From contig JAZONW010000015.1 of assembly GCA_045654745.1 (NCBI GenBank), positions 2,250 to 66,249 on the forward strand: a DNA stretch of 64,000 nt. Direction: 5' to 3'. Positions within the stretch are counted from its first letter, which is position 1. Each line of letters begins with the position of its first letter. Shown here piece after piece: positions 1 through 10,031 of this stretch. The notes beneath the pieces were generated by a model, which saw only the letters and a program-made list of their open reading frames with translations, did no database searches and had not been told where the DNA came from. The DNA comes from Victivallaceae bacterium. GTDB lineage: Bacteria; Verrucomicrobiota; Lentisphaeria; Victivallales; Victivallaceae. The position numbers and the translations under genes were made by a program.

Positions 1-44
1 CCGCTTCTCACAACATCTCCTTTGACGGCGGTTTTTGAAATATT

Positions 45-2597
45 TCAGATCTTCTTGAGCAACACAAGATCTGCGGTATTGGCAGTGCCGAGTAAAAGCC
101 GTGACGGTTGTGATACGATCGGGTGTAAAGAATCCTTACCGCTACTCAAATTAAAACGGTACGGGGCTGTGTCATCTATTCTCCATCTGCTGAAATAATC
201 CAGATCAAAGAAAATTTGTGTTTTCCGGTTTGTGTGAATAATTTCCACACCATTAATTAAATCAACATTGTGATCGTGGCGGTCGGAGGAAACTTTGAAA
301 TCTATAATTTGCATCATCCGGAAAGGTTCAAATTCAACTCTTACCGGTTGAGAAAACCTGTCGATATCCACGATAAACTTATTGGCATCGCTGTAAAAAC
401 TGCCACAGCTGCCGTCAAGATTAAATGCAGAAGCATTTTCTTTGGGATAAAGAAGATAATATTTACCTGTTTCTCCACGGTACTCTTTCAATATATCAGC
501 ATTAAGATTAAATGTGTCTATCAAACTGTCACACTCTTTGAGCAGGTTGGCTCTGGCACGGAGCTTCTCCGGGAAAAAAAGAAAACTTTCCACCTCGGCG
601 TGGTAACCCAGACGGGAATCTTTTTCACAAAGTTCAGCAAGTCTGAAGGTGTCTGTTATTTCATCTGTAATAAGCTGATGTATAAAGGATTTATTATCTT
701 TGCCAAGATAGATCATTTCCTCTCTTGCCTGGTAAAATTCAAAGAGTCGCTGCATACTGGCAGTCTGGATCGCAATGGTTTCAATCACACCTGCTTCTTT
801 TTGCTGTTCAGGTGTTATTGCTGCCTGACGGATCAGAGAAACGCTTTTTCTCATAGGGGTAGCCATCAAGCGAGTTAAAAGGCGAATTTCATTCGGAGTA
901 TGTTCGTATCCAAAGTATTCTCCATAACGATCTCCTGAATTTTTCGGAAATGCTTGCGTATAGCTCGGTGCAACAGGAGTGTCAACCGGATAAAGATACC
1001 AAGGGGTGACAACAGCATTATGCATAGGTCCGAACCACTTGAAAAGCAGGTTTTCCGGAAAATATTGGTACCCCTCACCGAGTTTCTGCCACGCACTGGC
1101 TGCAAGATGGGCATTCTTTCCCCAGAGAGGTTTGGCCAGTTCCAGCAGGAAATCATCTTCGTTTTTCGGCATGGGATCAAAAGATAGCCTGCCGGCGGCA
1201 CGATTCATTATGCCGGGGGCAGATCCGAAATACCAGCATTGCATCACTGCACAGCAATTGACTTGCCGCAGATTTTTGTAGCGTTGAAAAAGTATTCCTG
1301 GTACAGGAATGTATGGTACAGAAGCATTTTCGTGAGAACATCCGGTTTGCATTTTTGCGGCAAATGTTGGGCGCTCTGCGGCAAGTTTCAGAAAATATTC
1401 CGAGGGACCGGCGTAAGAGAGGGAATAATCATGCACTGTGTGGTTTCTGCCCAGCTGGCAATTGTTCCCGCCTGTTTCTATGTTATGTATCATTTGGGCA
1501 TTATCGGGCCACATTCTGGCGATTTCCAGACGCAAAAACTGTTCCGGATCGTTTTTGAAGTGTATCGGCTCGTAAAACCAACCGAAAAATTCTGCATCAG
1601 GCTGATATTTTTTTACCGTATTTGCCATAATACTGGCAATTTCGCTGAAAAGCTCTGCGGCACTGCGTTGAGAGCATAAGGCGCAGTTGCAGTGTTGGAC
1701 ATGATCATAAAGCTTCCATAGAGCACATGGTACAGCATCCTCAATGCACATGATGTTGATAAGCCCACCGAGGCCTTGCACGTGCGAAAAGATATAACCA
1801 ATTGTTTCCTGCAGATATTGTTTGCCGGCAGGAGCAGAGGTACAGAATGCCGCAGTATCGCCGCTTTTGTGGCCGCCGAGTTCAGGATGGCGGGCCAGGT
1901 CGTTGGTTGAACCGCTTTTCCAGACGTCGTCAGCAAAAACTCTGGGTTCTGCCATAAAAATATAGCACTTTATGCCGTATAAAGCGCATTTATCTGCAAC
2001 TTTTTGCAGTTTTTTCAGAATTATGTCAGCTTTTTCTCCCCTCTCCGGAAAAAAGGAACAGGGCATATCATTCAGGTAAAGCGTGAGCCACACTCCATTG
2101 AGGCGATCGTGCATGATTCTATCGAGGTATGCATCCGGATAGTAGTCAAAATCATCAGTGAGTTCATCAAGTTTCAGAGGCGGTCTTGAAGTAGGGGCAA
2201 AAAAGCACCTTGATATCCGGCGAGGAATAGCAGGAGCCTGACGAAAAACACCGTGTTCTCTGTTACGAAGTCTATCTTCCAGCTCGCACACGCCGTAACG
2301 CAATCCGGAATCATCTTTAGCGGTAATCCTGATGGAATCCTCTTTGCATTCAAGAATGAATTCTTCCGGTTTCAATGCCGGATCTAAAATAGTTTCAACC
2401 TCAATCCCGCCGGAAGCAACTGTAAAGTGACGTTCCAATGAATTTCTTGCAGCAATAGGAAGTTCCGAGTGCTGTAAATCAAGAACAATTTCAGGTATCA
2501 CCCATGTTTCAAAAGCGGAAACTTCTTCTGTCAGTGCTGAGATATCCCGCTTGGGAAAATCTATGTTTTCAAAAACAGATAATTGTGCGTATTTCAT
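45..2597 (-). CDS. Hypothetical cytoplasmic protein (850 aa), possibly glycoside-hydrolase-like
   Basis: Single long ORF with no signal peptide. The N-terminal segment (IRITAKDDSGLRYGVCELEDRL) resembles the small N-terminal domain of GH20/GH67-type hydrolases. No catalytic motif was recognised by eye. Confidence 0.4.
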   Translation of the reverse strand: MKYAQLSVFENIDFPKRDISALTEEVSAFETWVIPEIVLDLQHSELPIAARNSLERHFTVASGGIEVETILDPALKPEEFILECKEDSIRITAKDDSGLRYGVCELEDRLRNREHGVFRQAPAIPRRISRCFFAPTSRPPLKLDELTDDFDYYPDAYLDRIMHDRLNGVWLTLYLNDMPCSFFPERGEKADIILKKLQKVADKCALYGIKCYIFMAEPRVFADDVWKSGSTNDLARHPELGGHKSGDTAAFCTSAPAGKQYLQETIGYIFSHVQGLGGLINIMCIEDAVPCALWKLYDHVQHCNCALCSQRSAAELFSEIASIMANTVKKYQPDAEFFGWFYEPIHFKNDPEQFLRLEIARMWPDNAQMIHNIETGGNNCQLGRNHTVHDYSLSYAGPSEYFLKLAAERPTFAAKMQTGCSHENASVPYIPVPGILFQRYKNLRQVNCCAVMQCWYFGSAPGIMNRAAGRLSFDPMPKNEDDFLLELAKPLWGKNAHLAASAWQKLGEGYQYFPENLLFKWFGPMHNAVVTPWYLYPVDTPVAPSYTQAFPKNSGDRYGEYFGYEHTPNEIRLLTRLMATPMRKSVSLIRQAAITPEQQKEAGVIETIAIQTASMQRLFEFYQAREEMIYLGKDNKSFIHQLITDEITDTFRLAELCEKDSRLGYHAEVESFLFFPEKLRARANLLKECDSLIDTFNLNADILKEYRGETGKYYLLYPKENASAFNLDGSCGSFYSDANKFIVDIDRFSQPVRVEFEPFRMMQIIDFKVSSDRHDHNVDLINGVEIIHTNRKTQIFFDLDYFSRWRIDDTAPYRFNLSSGKDSLHPIVSQPSRLLLGTANTADLVLLKKI

Positions 2598-2605
2598 TAG
2601 ATACT

Positions 2606-2639
2606 CAAAAAATAACTGCTGACATTCACCAGCAGTTAT
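2606..2639 (-). terminator. Rho-independent terminator after the Aas-like gene
   Basis: 10-bp perfect stem ATAACTGCTG/CAGCAGTTAT (2612-2621 and 2630-2639) with an 8-nt loop. A T-run follows on the minus strand (A-run 2607-2611 on plus). Confidence 0.6.
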
Positions 2640-2647
2640 ATCTGATT

Positions 2648-4930
2648 TTATGCCTCGATTTCCGATGCCATTTCTTTGAGGCGGCGGAGATCCAGTTTGC
2701 CGCTTCCTAGAAGCGGAAGTTCCTCGATGCGGTAGAAATCATCACGCTTGGGCAGCCAGATGTTGGGCAGATTCTTGGCTCTCATATGCTCAATGCCGGC
2801 TTCCGGATCGAAATCTTCCGGGGTGTAGAAAATTACCAGTCTTTCACCTTTTCTGGCATCGGAGCGGCTGCTCACTGCCACGATACGGCTTTCGCTCGGA
2901 TAGTATTCACGCAGAGCATCCTCGATCGCTTCGTGCGGAACCATTTCTCCGCCGATTTTGCTGAAACGCGATGCTCTGCCGGTGATATAGACGTAACCGT
3001 CTTCACTCATTTTTGCCATATCACCGGTGTTGTAGTATCCGTTTTGGATGACCCGGGCGGTCTGTTCCGGATCATTGAGGTAACCATTCATCACGATACC
3101 GGCTTTGACCTGCATCAGACCGGACTGGTTGGGGCCGAGTTCCACGCCGGTGTCAGGATCGACAATACGCACGTGGATACCGGGCAGGGGGGAACCGATA
3201 CTGCCCGGGTGCGGACTGCGGGTGGCAAGGTCGTAAATGGAGTTGTTGAAATTGATGGTCACGATCGGGGACAATTCGGTACAACCGTAACCCTCGATCA
3301 TGATTTTGCCGGTTTTTTCATAGTATTTTTCCACCAGTTCTCTCGGCAGTTTTTCTGCTCCGGCAACGGTGATACGCAAGGTTTTAAGCTGTTCGCCATT
3401 GGCTTTGTGCAGATATTTCTGCATAAAGGTCGGGGTCGCCGCCAGAATGGTCAGTTTGTTCTTTTCGATACCTTTGATGATTTCTTCGGCATTGAGGGGA
3501 CTCAAATGGAGCAGCACCGGAACTCCGCGGAGGCAGGAAAGCGCAAAGCAGACCATCAAACCGAAAGAATGGAAAAAGGGCAGGTTGCCGACCACTTTGT
3601 CTTTGCCGGTCACCGCCGCCATACGCAAAAATGCCCAGGCGTCGCAGTTGATATTGCGATGGGTCAACTGTACTGCCTTGGGTGTGCCGGTCGAACCACT
3701 GGAAAAGAGCAGTACCGCCTGACGGTGCATATTAAAAGCACTGTAAGGTGCCAACTGGCGGACAAGCATTTTGCCGGGGGTGAAAATCACCCGCATAATG
3801 GCTTTGAATTTCATTCCGGAAGTTACGCTGGGGGCAAGATCTTCCAGGATGACCATATTTTCATTGGCTTCCCATTTGATTTTTTCCAGAAATTTGCGGC
3901 TGGTGAAAATCGTTTTGATTCCGGCACGGGCAGCAGAATCCAGGGCGACTTTCTGTCCGGCACTGAAATTGATCATCGCCGGTGTCCGGTCTGCCAGCAT
4001 CGCACTCAACAGCAACGCCGCAGTCATAGAGCTGTTGGGCATAAGAATACCGACATAGCCGTTGTCTCCGCGGTCAAGTTCCCGGACAAATCTGGTGAAA
4101 ATCACCAGCCGGACCAGCATGGAAAAGTTGCTCGTCCATTTATTTGTTATGGCATCGCCGAAAAGTTTCTGGAAAGGATGGCGTTTCGCCCGCAGGACAA
4201 ACGAAGTGTGGATCGGGGTTTCACCCGGTTGGGGACGGCGTTCCACACTGGCACCGAGTTCGGAAATTTTCTGACGCAGCTGAAATGCTGTCGAGGTGCG
4301 GCTTACCGGATCGCCGATCGCCAGACTGAAATCCACCGGCAGACGGTCGGGAAAAAGGAAGTGCATCTTGCCGTTGACGTAAGAAAAAAGTCTGCCGTGA
4401 AGCATACCGATACGCACCGGCAGCACTACGACTTCAGTGTCGGACGGCAAAAGCGGTTCCACACCGGAGCGGAAACGCATCATATTGCCGTTGCCGGAAA
4501 TTTCACCCTCGGGGAAATAGCATATCACTTCGCCGTTGCGCAAGCGGGAACGGATACCGTTGAAAAAGTTCTTGAGTTCGCTCGGACGGCGGGGATTCGG
4601 TACTTTGATTACGCCGAGATACCAGAAAATGAAACGGGTGGGGATGAATTCGAGGATCTCTGCACGCACCATAAAACGTACCCGCCGGGGGCAGGCCAGC
4701 TGGATCAGCAGCAGGTCGATCAGTGAAACGTGATTGGCAACAAAGACGATCGGACCGGATTTGGGAATGTTGTCAAGTCCGAACATCCTCAATCTGAATA
4801 TCGTGTGAAAAAGGATGAATCCGATGATCCGCAATGTCCATACTTTAAAAATAAGTATGAAAAGAACCACTGCGGTAACTGACAGCGTGCCGATTGTCAC
4901 GTGCTGCATGATCTGCTCAAAAGAAGACAT
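2648..4930 (-). CDS. aas: Bifunctional acyltransferase / acyl-ACP (acyl-CoA) synthetase, Aas-like, with N-terminal TM segments
   Basis: N-terminal PlsC-type acyltransferase HX4D motif (ANHVSLID). C-terminal AMP-binding domain with FSSGSTGTPKAV and the GYG..TE/YNTGD motifs. 760 aa and the domain order match Aas. Confidence 0.75.
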   Translation of the reverse strand: MSSFEQIMQHVTIGTLSVTAVVLFILIFKVWTLRIIGFILFHTIFRLRMFGLDNIPKSGPIVFVANHVSLIDLLLIQLACPRRVRFMVRAEILEFIPTRFIFWYLGVIKVPNPRRPSELKNFFNGIRSRLRNGEVICYFPEGEISGNGNMMRFRSGVEPLLPSDTEVVVLPVRIGMLHGRLFSYVNGKMHFLFPDRLPVDFSLAIGDPVSRTSTAFQLRQKISELGASVERRPQPGETPIHTSFVLRAKRHPFQKLFGDAITNKWTSNFSMLVRLVIFTRFVRELDRGDNGYVGILMPNSSMTAALLLSAMLADRTPAMINFSAGQKVALDSAARAGIKTIFTSRKFLEKIKWEANENMVILEDLAPSVTSGMKFKAIMRVIFTPGKMLVRQLAPYSAFNMHRQAVLLFSSGSTGTPKAVQLTHRNINCDAWAFLRMAAVTGKDKVVGNLPFFHSFGLMVCFALSCLRGVPVLLHLSPLNAEEIIKGIEKNKLTILAATPTFMQKYLHKANGEQLKTLRITVAGAEKLPRELVEKYYEKTGKIMIEGYGCTELSPIVTINFNNSIYDLATRSPHPGSIGSPLPGIHVRIVDPDTGVELGPNQSGLMQVKAGIVMNGYLNDPEQTARVIQNGYYNTGDMAKMSEDGYVYITGRASRFSKIGGEMVPHEAIEDALREYYPSESRIVAVSSRSDARKGERLVIFYTPEDFDPEAGIEHMRAKNLPNIWLPKRDDFYRIEELPLLGSGKLDLRRLKEMASEIEA

Positions 4931-4987
4931 AACAAAAAACTCCGTTTGAAATAAAGGTTGTAAAAAGTTAAATCAAAAAAACACAAA

Positions 4988-5004
4988 ATCTTTCACTGAA
5001 AGAT
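4988..5004. promoter_or_regulatory. 17-nt perfect palindrome in the divergent aas / rpmF-plsX-fabH intergenic region
   Basis: ATCTTTCA-C-TGAAAGAT read directly from the sequence, 58 nt upstream of the aas-like start codon. Confidence 0.3.
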
Positions 5005-5243
5005 AATATACCATAAAAAACGCTTCTGTCAAGGGCGGAAGCATTTAAAGTTATGATTATTAAATTAGTCCGTATATGCGAAAAATGCAAGCCTAAACAG
5101 AAAAACAGCCATTTTGCCATGAAATAAATTGAAAAATATGAAATCAGGTGATATATTTATAAGTTGTCAAATGATTTTTGCATAAAAACGAGTTTGATTT
5201 GTTGAAATTTTTACGTACTTAAATATTCAAGGAGAAAAAGAAA

Positions 5244-5423
5244 ATGGCAGTTCCGAAAAGAAAAACTTCCCGTATGCAGCGTCGTCAGCGCAAAGCCGCC
5301 AACCGTTACGAAGGTGTGCAGGCTACTTACTGCCCGAAATGCAATGCTCCCGTTGCTCCGCACCGGGTCTGCAAAGCTTGTGGTACTTTTGACGGCAAAC
5401 AGATTTTGAGTGTCGAAGACTGA
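5244..5423 (+). CDS. rpmF: 50S ribosomal protein L32
   Basis: 59-aa ORF, below the ORF-track cutoff: MAVPKRKTSRMQRRQRKAANRY...CPKCNAPVAPHRVCKACG. GGAG lies about 10 nt upstream. It sits in the conserved position before plsX-fabH. Confidence 0.9.
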   Translation: MAVPKRKTSRMQRRQRKAANRYEGVQATYCPKCNAPVAPHRVCKACGTFDGKQILSVED

Positions 5424-5462
5424 ATTTTTTATCCGGTGTCATCCTGAACGGAATCAAAGATC

Positions 5463-6512
5463 ATGAAAATCGCAGTTGACGCATTCGGTGGTGATTACGC
5501 TCCCGGTGTTGTTGTGGAAGGGCTCGCTATGGCAGTGCCCCATTTCCCGCAGTGCGATTTTCTTTTGGTCGGACATCAGGAAAAAGTAGAGTTCTATCTG
5601 GAAAAATACGGATTGGCAGGTCATCCCCGTATTGAGGTGGTTCACGCCGCTTCGGTATGCGAAATGTCCGATCCGTCAACCATCTCTCTGCGTCAGAAAC
5701 GCAATTCATCCATCACCATCGGAGCAAGACTGCTCAAAGAGAAAAAAGCAGATGCGATGATAACTCCGGGACATACCGGTGCTACCGTCGCAGCTACCAA
5801 AGTCCTTGCCCGTACCCTGCCGGGGGTCGATCGTCCCGCATTGGGAGCAAGTCTGCCGACCCAGAAGCTTGGCAAACGTTTTTTGCTTATGGATGCCGGC
5901 GCCAATGTTGATTGCCGTCCGCTGAATCTGGTGCAGTTTGCAGTTATGGGTGGAGTTTACGCCGAATATCTCTTTAAGGCTAAATCGCCCAGAATCGGTC
6001 TGCTCAGTGTCGGCGGAGAGGATTCCAAAGGCAATGAGTTGACCAAAGAAACTTTCAAAATACTGGAAAAACTCCCGATAAATTTTGTCGGCAATATTGA
6101 ACCAGATGCCGCATTTGAGGGTGAAGTCGATGTGTTGGTCTGCGAAGGTTTCGCCGGTAATGTGCTTTTGAAAACCGCCGAAGGACTGGCAAAATCGACT
6201 TTCAGCTGGCTCAAACGGGCAATCACCCGCAATGCTATGCGTACACTCGGCGCTTTGCTCGCCCAGAATGCGTTTCGTGAACTTAAATCTATCGGAGCAT
6301 CTGAAACCGTCGGCGGCGCTCCTCTCCTGGGGATAAACGGTATTTGTCTTATCGGCCATGGTTCATCCACCCCAAAGGCTGTGTATAATGCTATCCGCGG
6401 CGCAGTTGAATGTGTGGAGTTTGATCTCAATGATCGCATCGTCCGCCGGATCAGTGAATACGGTGTCAGCGTTGAACAATTCAAAGCGGCGGCAGAAGTG
6501 CCGGCAGAATAA
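5463..6512 (+). CDS. plsX: Phosphate acyltransferase PlsX
   Basis: MKIAVDAFGGDYAP N-terminus, 349 aa, in rpmF-plsX-fabH synteny. Confidence 0.95.
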   Translation: MKIAVDAFGGDYAPGVVVEGLAMAVPHFPQCDFLLVGHQEKVEFYLEKYGLAGHPRIEVVHAASVCEMSDPSTISLRQKRNSSITIGARLLKEKKADAMITPGHTGATVAATKVLARTLPGVDRPALGASLPTQKLGKRFLLMDAGANVDCRPLNLVQFAVMGGVYAEYLFKAKSPRIGLLSVGGEDSKGNELTKETFKILEKLPINFVGNIEPDAAFEGEVDVLVCEGFAGNVLLKTAEGLAKSTFSWLKRAITRNAMRTLGALLAQNAFRELKSIGASETVGGAPLLGINGICLIGHGSSTPKAVYNAIRGAVECVEFDLNDRIVRRISEYGVSVEQFKAAAEVPAE

Positions 6513-6527
6513 AACGGAGTTCACTCT

Positions 6528-7517
6528 ATGAGTATTATGATTGCAGGGACTGGGTCTTATATCCCGGAAAAAATCCTGACCAATGCCGACCTGGAAAAAA
6601 TGGTCGACACCAGTGATGAGTGGATTGTCACCCGTACCGGTATTTCCGAAAGACACATCGCCCGTCCCGATGAAACCACCGCAACTATGGCCGCTACCGC
6701 AGCACGCAGAGCTCTTGAAGCCGCCGGAATGCAAGCAGGTGAACTTTCGGCGATCATCATTGCCACCACCACTCCGGACTATACTTTTCCCAATACCGCA
6801 AGCCTGGTGCAGCGTGAAATCGGTGCCACCGGATGTTTCTGTCTGGATATAAGTTCTGCCTGTACCGGATTCATCGCCGGTCTTGAATTGGCTTTTTCAC
6901 TGGTAAAAAGCAATCCTAATTACCGTTCTGTACTGGTGATCGGGGCGGAAAAACTCTCGGCTATAACCGATTGGAGCGACCGCAATACCTGTGTGCTTTT
7001 CGGAGATGGAGCCGGTGCCGCTATCATTCGCAAGATCGATGACGGCAATGATACAAGTGCTTTGCTCGCCAGTGATATTCACGCTGACGGTACATTTGCT
7101 GAAATCCTCTGTCTCCCCGGCGGCGGTAGCAAAAATCCGGCAACCCACGAAACAGTAGATGCTCATTTGCACTATATTCATATGGAAGGTCGGGAAACTT
7201 TTAAACTGGCTGTCAACGCGATGGTCGATGCTTCCCGCAAGGTTTTGGAAACTGCCGGAGTGTCGCTGGAAAATATTGCCATTGCAATTCCGCATCAGGC
7301 TAATATCCGTATTATTCAAGCAGTGGCAAAACGCTTGGGGTTGGATGATGACAGAGTCTATGCCAATATAAACCGCTACGGCAATACTTCTGCCGCTTCG
7401 ATCGCTATTTGTCTTGATGAGGCCGTCCGTGCCGGAAAGATCAAACGCGGCGATCATGTCTTGCTGACTGCATTCGGCAGTGGTCTGACCTGGGGTGCGA
7501 TGCTTTATCACTATTGA
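6528..7517 (+). CDS. fabH: 3-oxoacyl-ACP synthase III
   Basis: 329 aa. Carries LDISSACTGF (active-site Cys), HQAN and GNTSAAS motifs. Confidence 0.95.
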   Translation: MSIMIAGTGSYIPEKILTNADLEKMVDTSDEWIVTRTGISERHIARPDETTATMAATAARRALEAAGMQAGELSAIIIATTTPDYTFPNTASLVQREIGATGCFCLDISSACTGFIAGLELAFSLVKSNPNYRSVLVIGAEKLSAITDWSDRNTCVLFGDGAGAAIIRKIDDGNDTSALLASDIHADGTFAEILCLPGGGSKNPATHETVDAHLHYIHMEGRETFKLAVNAMVDASRKVLETAGVSLENIAIAIPHQANIRIIQAVAKRLGLDDDRVYANINRYGNTSAASIAICLDEAVRAGKIKRGDHVLLTAFGSGLTWGAMLYHY

Positions 7518-7533
7518 CCTGGGAAACTGCACT

Positions 7534-8043
7534 ATGTCTGTAGATGAAACTGTCAGTGATAAATTAGTTGATACCCGCGAAAGATTGCGCCGGGAATACA
7601 ATGAATTCAATCAGATTCCCATCCGCGATATAAAAACTCCTCCGCCTAAACTCGCCGAAAGGATCGCGGTTCCGCAACGTACTGAGTTAGACCGTGACTG
7701 CCGCGAACTGGAAGGCCGTCTGCTGTCAAGTCTTGCCACTGTCATTGCTGAATTGGAAGAAATCGATTTCCGACGGGAAAAACTTGCTAAATGCAAAGAC
7801 GATTTGCAGAATATATGCGATGAATTGCAAATTGTTGCCGGAAACGGTTCAAATCAGCAGGAAATCGAGCGTTTGAGATTGAATTTTTTCCGTGCATCCG
7901 GAGTTGTTCCGTCTGCAGGTATTTCTCTGCCGCAAATCGAGGAAAAAAATACCGGAAAAGAGTTTAAAACTTTTCCGGTAGTGATTGCAATCATTTGCAG
8001 TGCGCTTATTATCGCCGGTGCAATGCTGATCTGTTTTATCTGA
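7534..8043 (+). CDS. Hypothetical coiled-coil protein with C-terminal TM anchor
   Basis: The ORF-track entry 7495..8043 overlaps the fabH end. The first ATG after the fabH stop is 7534 (MSVDETV). The C-terminus FPVVIAIICSALIIAGAMLICFI is hydrophobic. Confidence 0.45.
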   Translation: MSVDETVSDKLVDTRERLRREYNEFNQIPIRDIKTPPPKLAERIAVPQRTELDRDCRELEGRLLSSLATVIAELEEIDFRREKLAKCKDDLQNICDELQIVAGNGSNQQEIERLRLNFFRASGVVPSAGISLPQIEEKNTGKEFKTFPVVIAIICSALIIAGAMLICFI

Positions 8044-8053
8044 GATCCTCTTT

Positions 8054-9766
8054 TCAGATGATTTCCTGCATATCCACAATATTCAGCTGCGGTGTCGTTG
8101 TGTCCTGATGCTGATTCAACTGCGGTGTCGCTAGCACATCAATGACTTTACCGTAAAATTCCTGGGGACTGCGGTTGAATGCAATGAATTCCATCTGTGC
8201 AGATGAACTTTGCAGAATACCGCGGGTATGGGCCCCGCCGCCCACCGCTGAACAGCGGACGACCCGCAATTCATTGAAACGATAGACCGGTTTGGGGTTG
8301 CTGTGACCGAATGGGGAGAGTTTGTCCAGATATTCAAAAAACTCATCATCCATTTCATTCAAAGTGGCCTCGCCGTCATAGGAAATGAAACTTTCCAGAT
8401 CAGCGGTGCTTATCTGTTTGCGGATCTCTGTATCCATTGCTTCAAAAAACGGTGCGATACGGTCAGTCTGCAATCCGATACCGACAGCCATAGGGTGACC
8501 GCCGAAACGATTGAGTAAATCGGCGTGGCGGCTCAAAACTTCCACCAGATTCAGACAGGCGATACTGCGTCCGGAACCGTATGCTTCATCGCCCTGGATC
8601 GTCAGCACGATGGTCGGTCGGTTGTAGTCGCGGGTGAGCCGGGATGCCACAATACCGATGACGCCCTGATGCCAGTTTCTGCCGGCGACCAGCAGAGAAT
8701 AGGGACTCTGCCAGGCAAGGTTGCGTTCGATCTGCTCTTTGGATTCCTGATATATTTCCTGCTCTTTTTCCTGCCGGATACGGTTGTAGGTTTCCAGTTG
8801 GGCAGCACAATCGTAGGCTTCGATGATATGGTCGCTTTCCAGAAGTTTCAACGCGACATTGGCATCACCGACGCGTCCGGCGGCGTTGATTCTCGGGGCA
8901 AGGCGGAAAGTTATATCCGAAGGCGAAAGGCCGGATTTGATTTTAGAACTTTCGATCAGAGCTCTGACGCCGGGGCGGATCTGTTTACGCAAAGCCATAA
9001 TGCCGTATTTCACCAGAATACGGTTTTCTCCCAGCAGTGGTACGATATCTGCAACAGTGCCGAGGGCGACATAATCAAGGATCTCTTCCAGATGGGTGTG
9101 AAATCCGCCGCAATTGTTTTCTCTGCCGTATTTGATAAAAGCGTGGCAGAGTTTGAATGCCGCACCTGCTCCGGAAAGCAGATGGAGATCTTCCAGTTCG
9201 GGATAGATTTTGGCGTTGATTACCGCCAGAGCTTCGGGCAGTTCGGTACCGGCTTCGTGGTGGTCAGTGACGATGACATCGATACCCCGGTCGGTGGCTT
9301 CTTTGACAGCATCGCAACTAGTGATACCGCAATCAACTGTGACCAGTACGCCGCATGTCCCGAATGCTTCGAGTGCTTTTTGCAGAGATTCCGGAGTGAA
9401 GCCGTAGCCGTCATCGAAACGGTGGGGAATAAACGAGTGTACAGTAGCTCCGTTATCCCGCAGCACCCACGCCAGCAAAGCACTGGCAGTGATACCGTCG
9501 GTGTCGTAGTCGCCGTGGATGAGGATGGGTTCATTGTCAGAAATCGCCCGCCACAATCTTGCGGCGGCATCTTTGATGCCGGGGAAGCGATAGGGGTCGC
9601 TCAAGTTAGACAGTCTGGGGTCAAGAAAGCGGCTGACTTCGCTGCTCTCGATGCCACGGGAGGCAAAATACACGGCAATCGGACGCGGCAATTTATGCTC
9701 GCGTTGAAGTTTCCCGATTTTTTCTTCCTGATTACCGCCGGTAAGTTTCCAATTTTTCAATCCCAT
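8054..9766 (-). CDS. recJ: Single-stranded-DNA-specific exonuclease RecJ
   Basis: DHH-family motifs (HGDYDTDG, VTVDCG, VTDHHE) plus a DHHA1-type C-terminal part. The track start 9826 is GTG without an RBS, so the ATG at 9766 (MGLKNWKL) is preferred. Confidence 0.88.
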   Translation of the reverse strand: MGLKNWKLTGGNQEEKIGKLQREHKLPRPIAVYFASRGIESSEVSRFLDPRLSNLSDPYRFPGIKDAAARLWRAISDNEPILIHGDYDTDGITASALLAWVLRDNGATVHSFIPHRFDDGYGFTPESLQKALEAFGTCGVLVTVDCGITSCDAVKEATDRGIDVIVTDHHEAGTELPEALAVINAKIYPELEDLHLLSGAGAAFKLCHAFIKYGRENNCGGFHTHLEEILDYVALGTVADIVPLLGENRILVKYGIMALRKQIRPGVRALIESSKIKSGLSPSDITFRLAPRINAAGRVGDANVALKLLESDHIIEAYDCAAQLETYNRIRQEKEQEIYQESKEQIERNLAWQSPYSLLVAGRNWHQGVIGIVASRLTRDYNRPTIVLTIQGDEAYGSGRSIACLNLVEVLSRHADLLNRFGGHPMAVGIGLQTDRIAPFFEAMDTEIRKQISTADLESFISYDGEATLNEMDDEFFEYLDKLSPFGHSNPKPVYRFNELRVVRCSAVGGGAHTRGILQSSSAQMEFIAFNRSPQEFYGKVIDVLATPQLNQHQDTTTPQLNIVDMQEII

Positions 9767-9895
9767 AAAATTCTCTTTCTTGTTATCATAACATATAAGA
9801 TAACCCCGGAATGCGTTTTTTTCCACACGGTAACGGAAAAAAGTGGGAGTATGTCAAAAAAATGTATATTACAAGCGGATTTCAGGACATAAAAA

Positions 9896-9972
9896 TGGCG
9901 TTCTCAGTGCGGTTCGAACGCACGACCTGCTCCTTAGGAGGGAGCCGCTCTATCCAGCTGAGCTATGAGAAC
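9896..9972 (-). tRNA. tRNA-Arg (anticodon CCT)
   Basis: Hand-folded 77-nt cloverleaf: acceptor GTTCTCA/TGAGAAC, anticodon loop CTCCTAA, T-loop TTCGAAC, encoded CCA. Confidence 0.9.
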
Positions 9973-9976
9973 GCTT

Positions 9977-10005
9977 AAAAAACGGCACAGAAATATCTGC
10001 GCCGT
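9977..10005 (-). terminator. Terminator hairpin between the LysM gene and tRNA-Arg
   Basis: Stem ACGGC(A/G)CAG/CTGCGCCGT (9982-9990 and 9997-10005, one mismatch). T-runs flank it on both strands. Confidence 0.5.
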
Positions 10006-10031
10006 ATCTTTTTTAATTGTCTTGACCGGAC

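Noticed and set aside
2786-4726. 646-aa plus-strand ORF
   Set aside because: It lies entirely antisense to the Aas-like gene, which has clear acyltransferase and AMP-binding motifs. Its own translation is low-complexity (G/R/H/F-rich) with no motifs.
8525-9892. 455-aa plus-strand ORF
   Set aside because: It is antisense to recJ and runs into the tRNA-Arg region. No recognisable domains.
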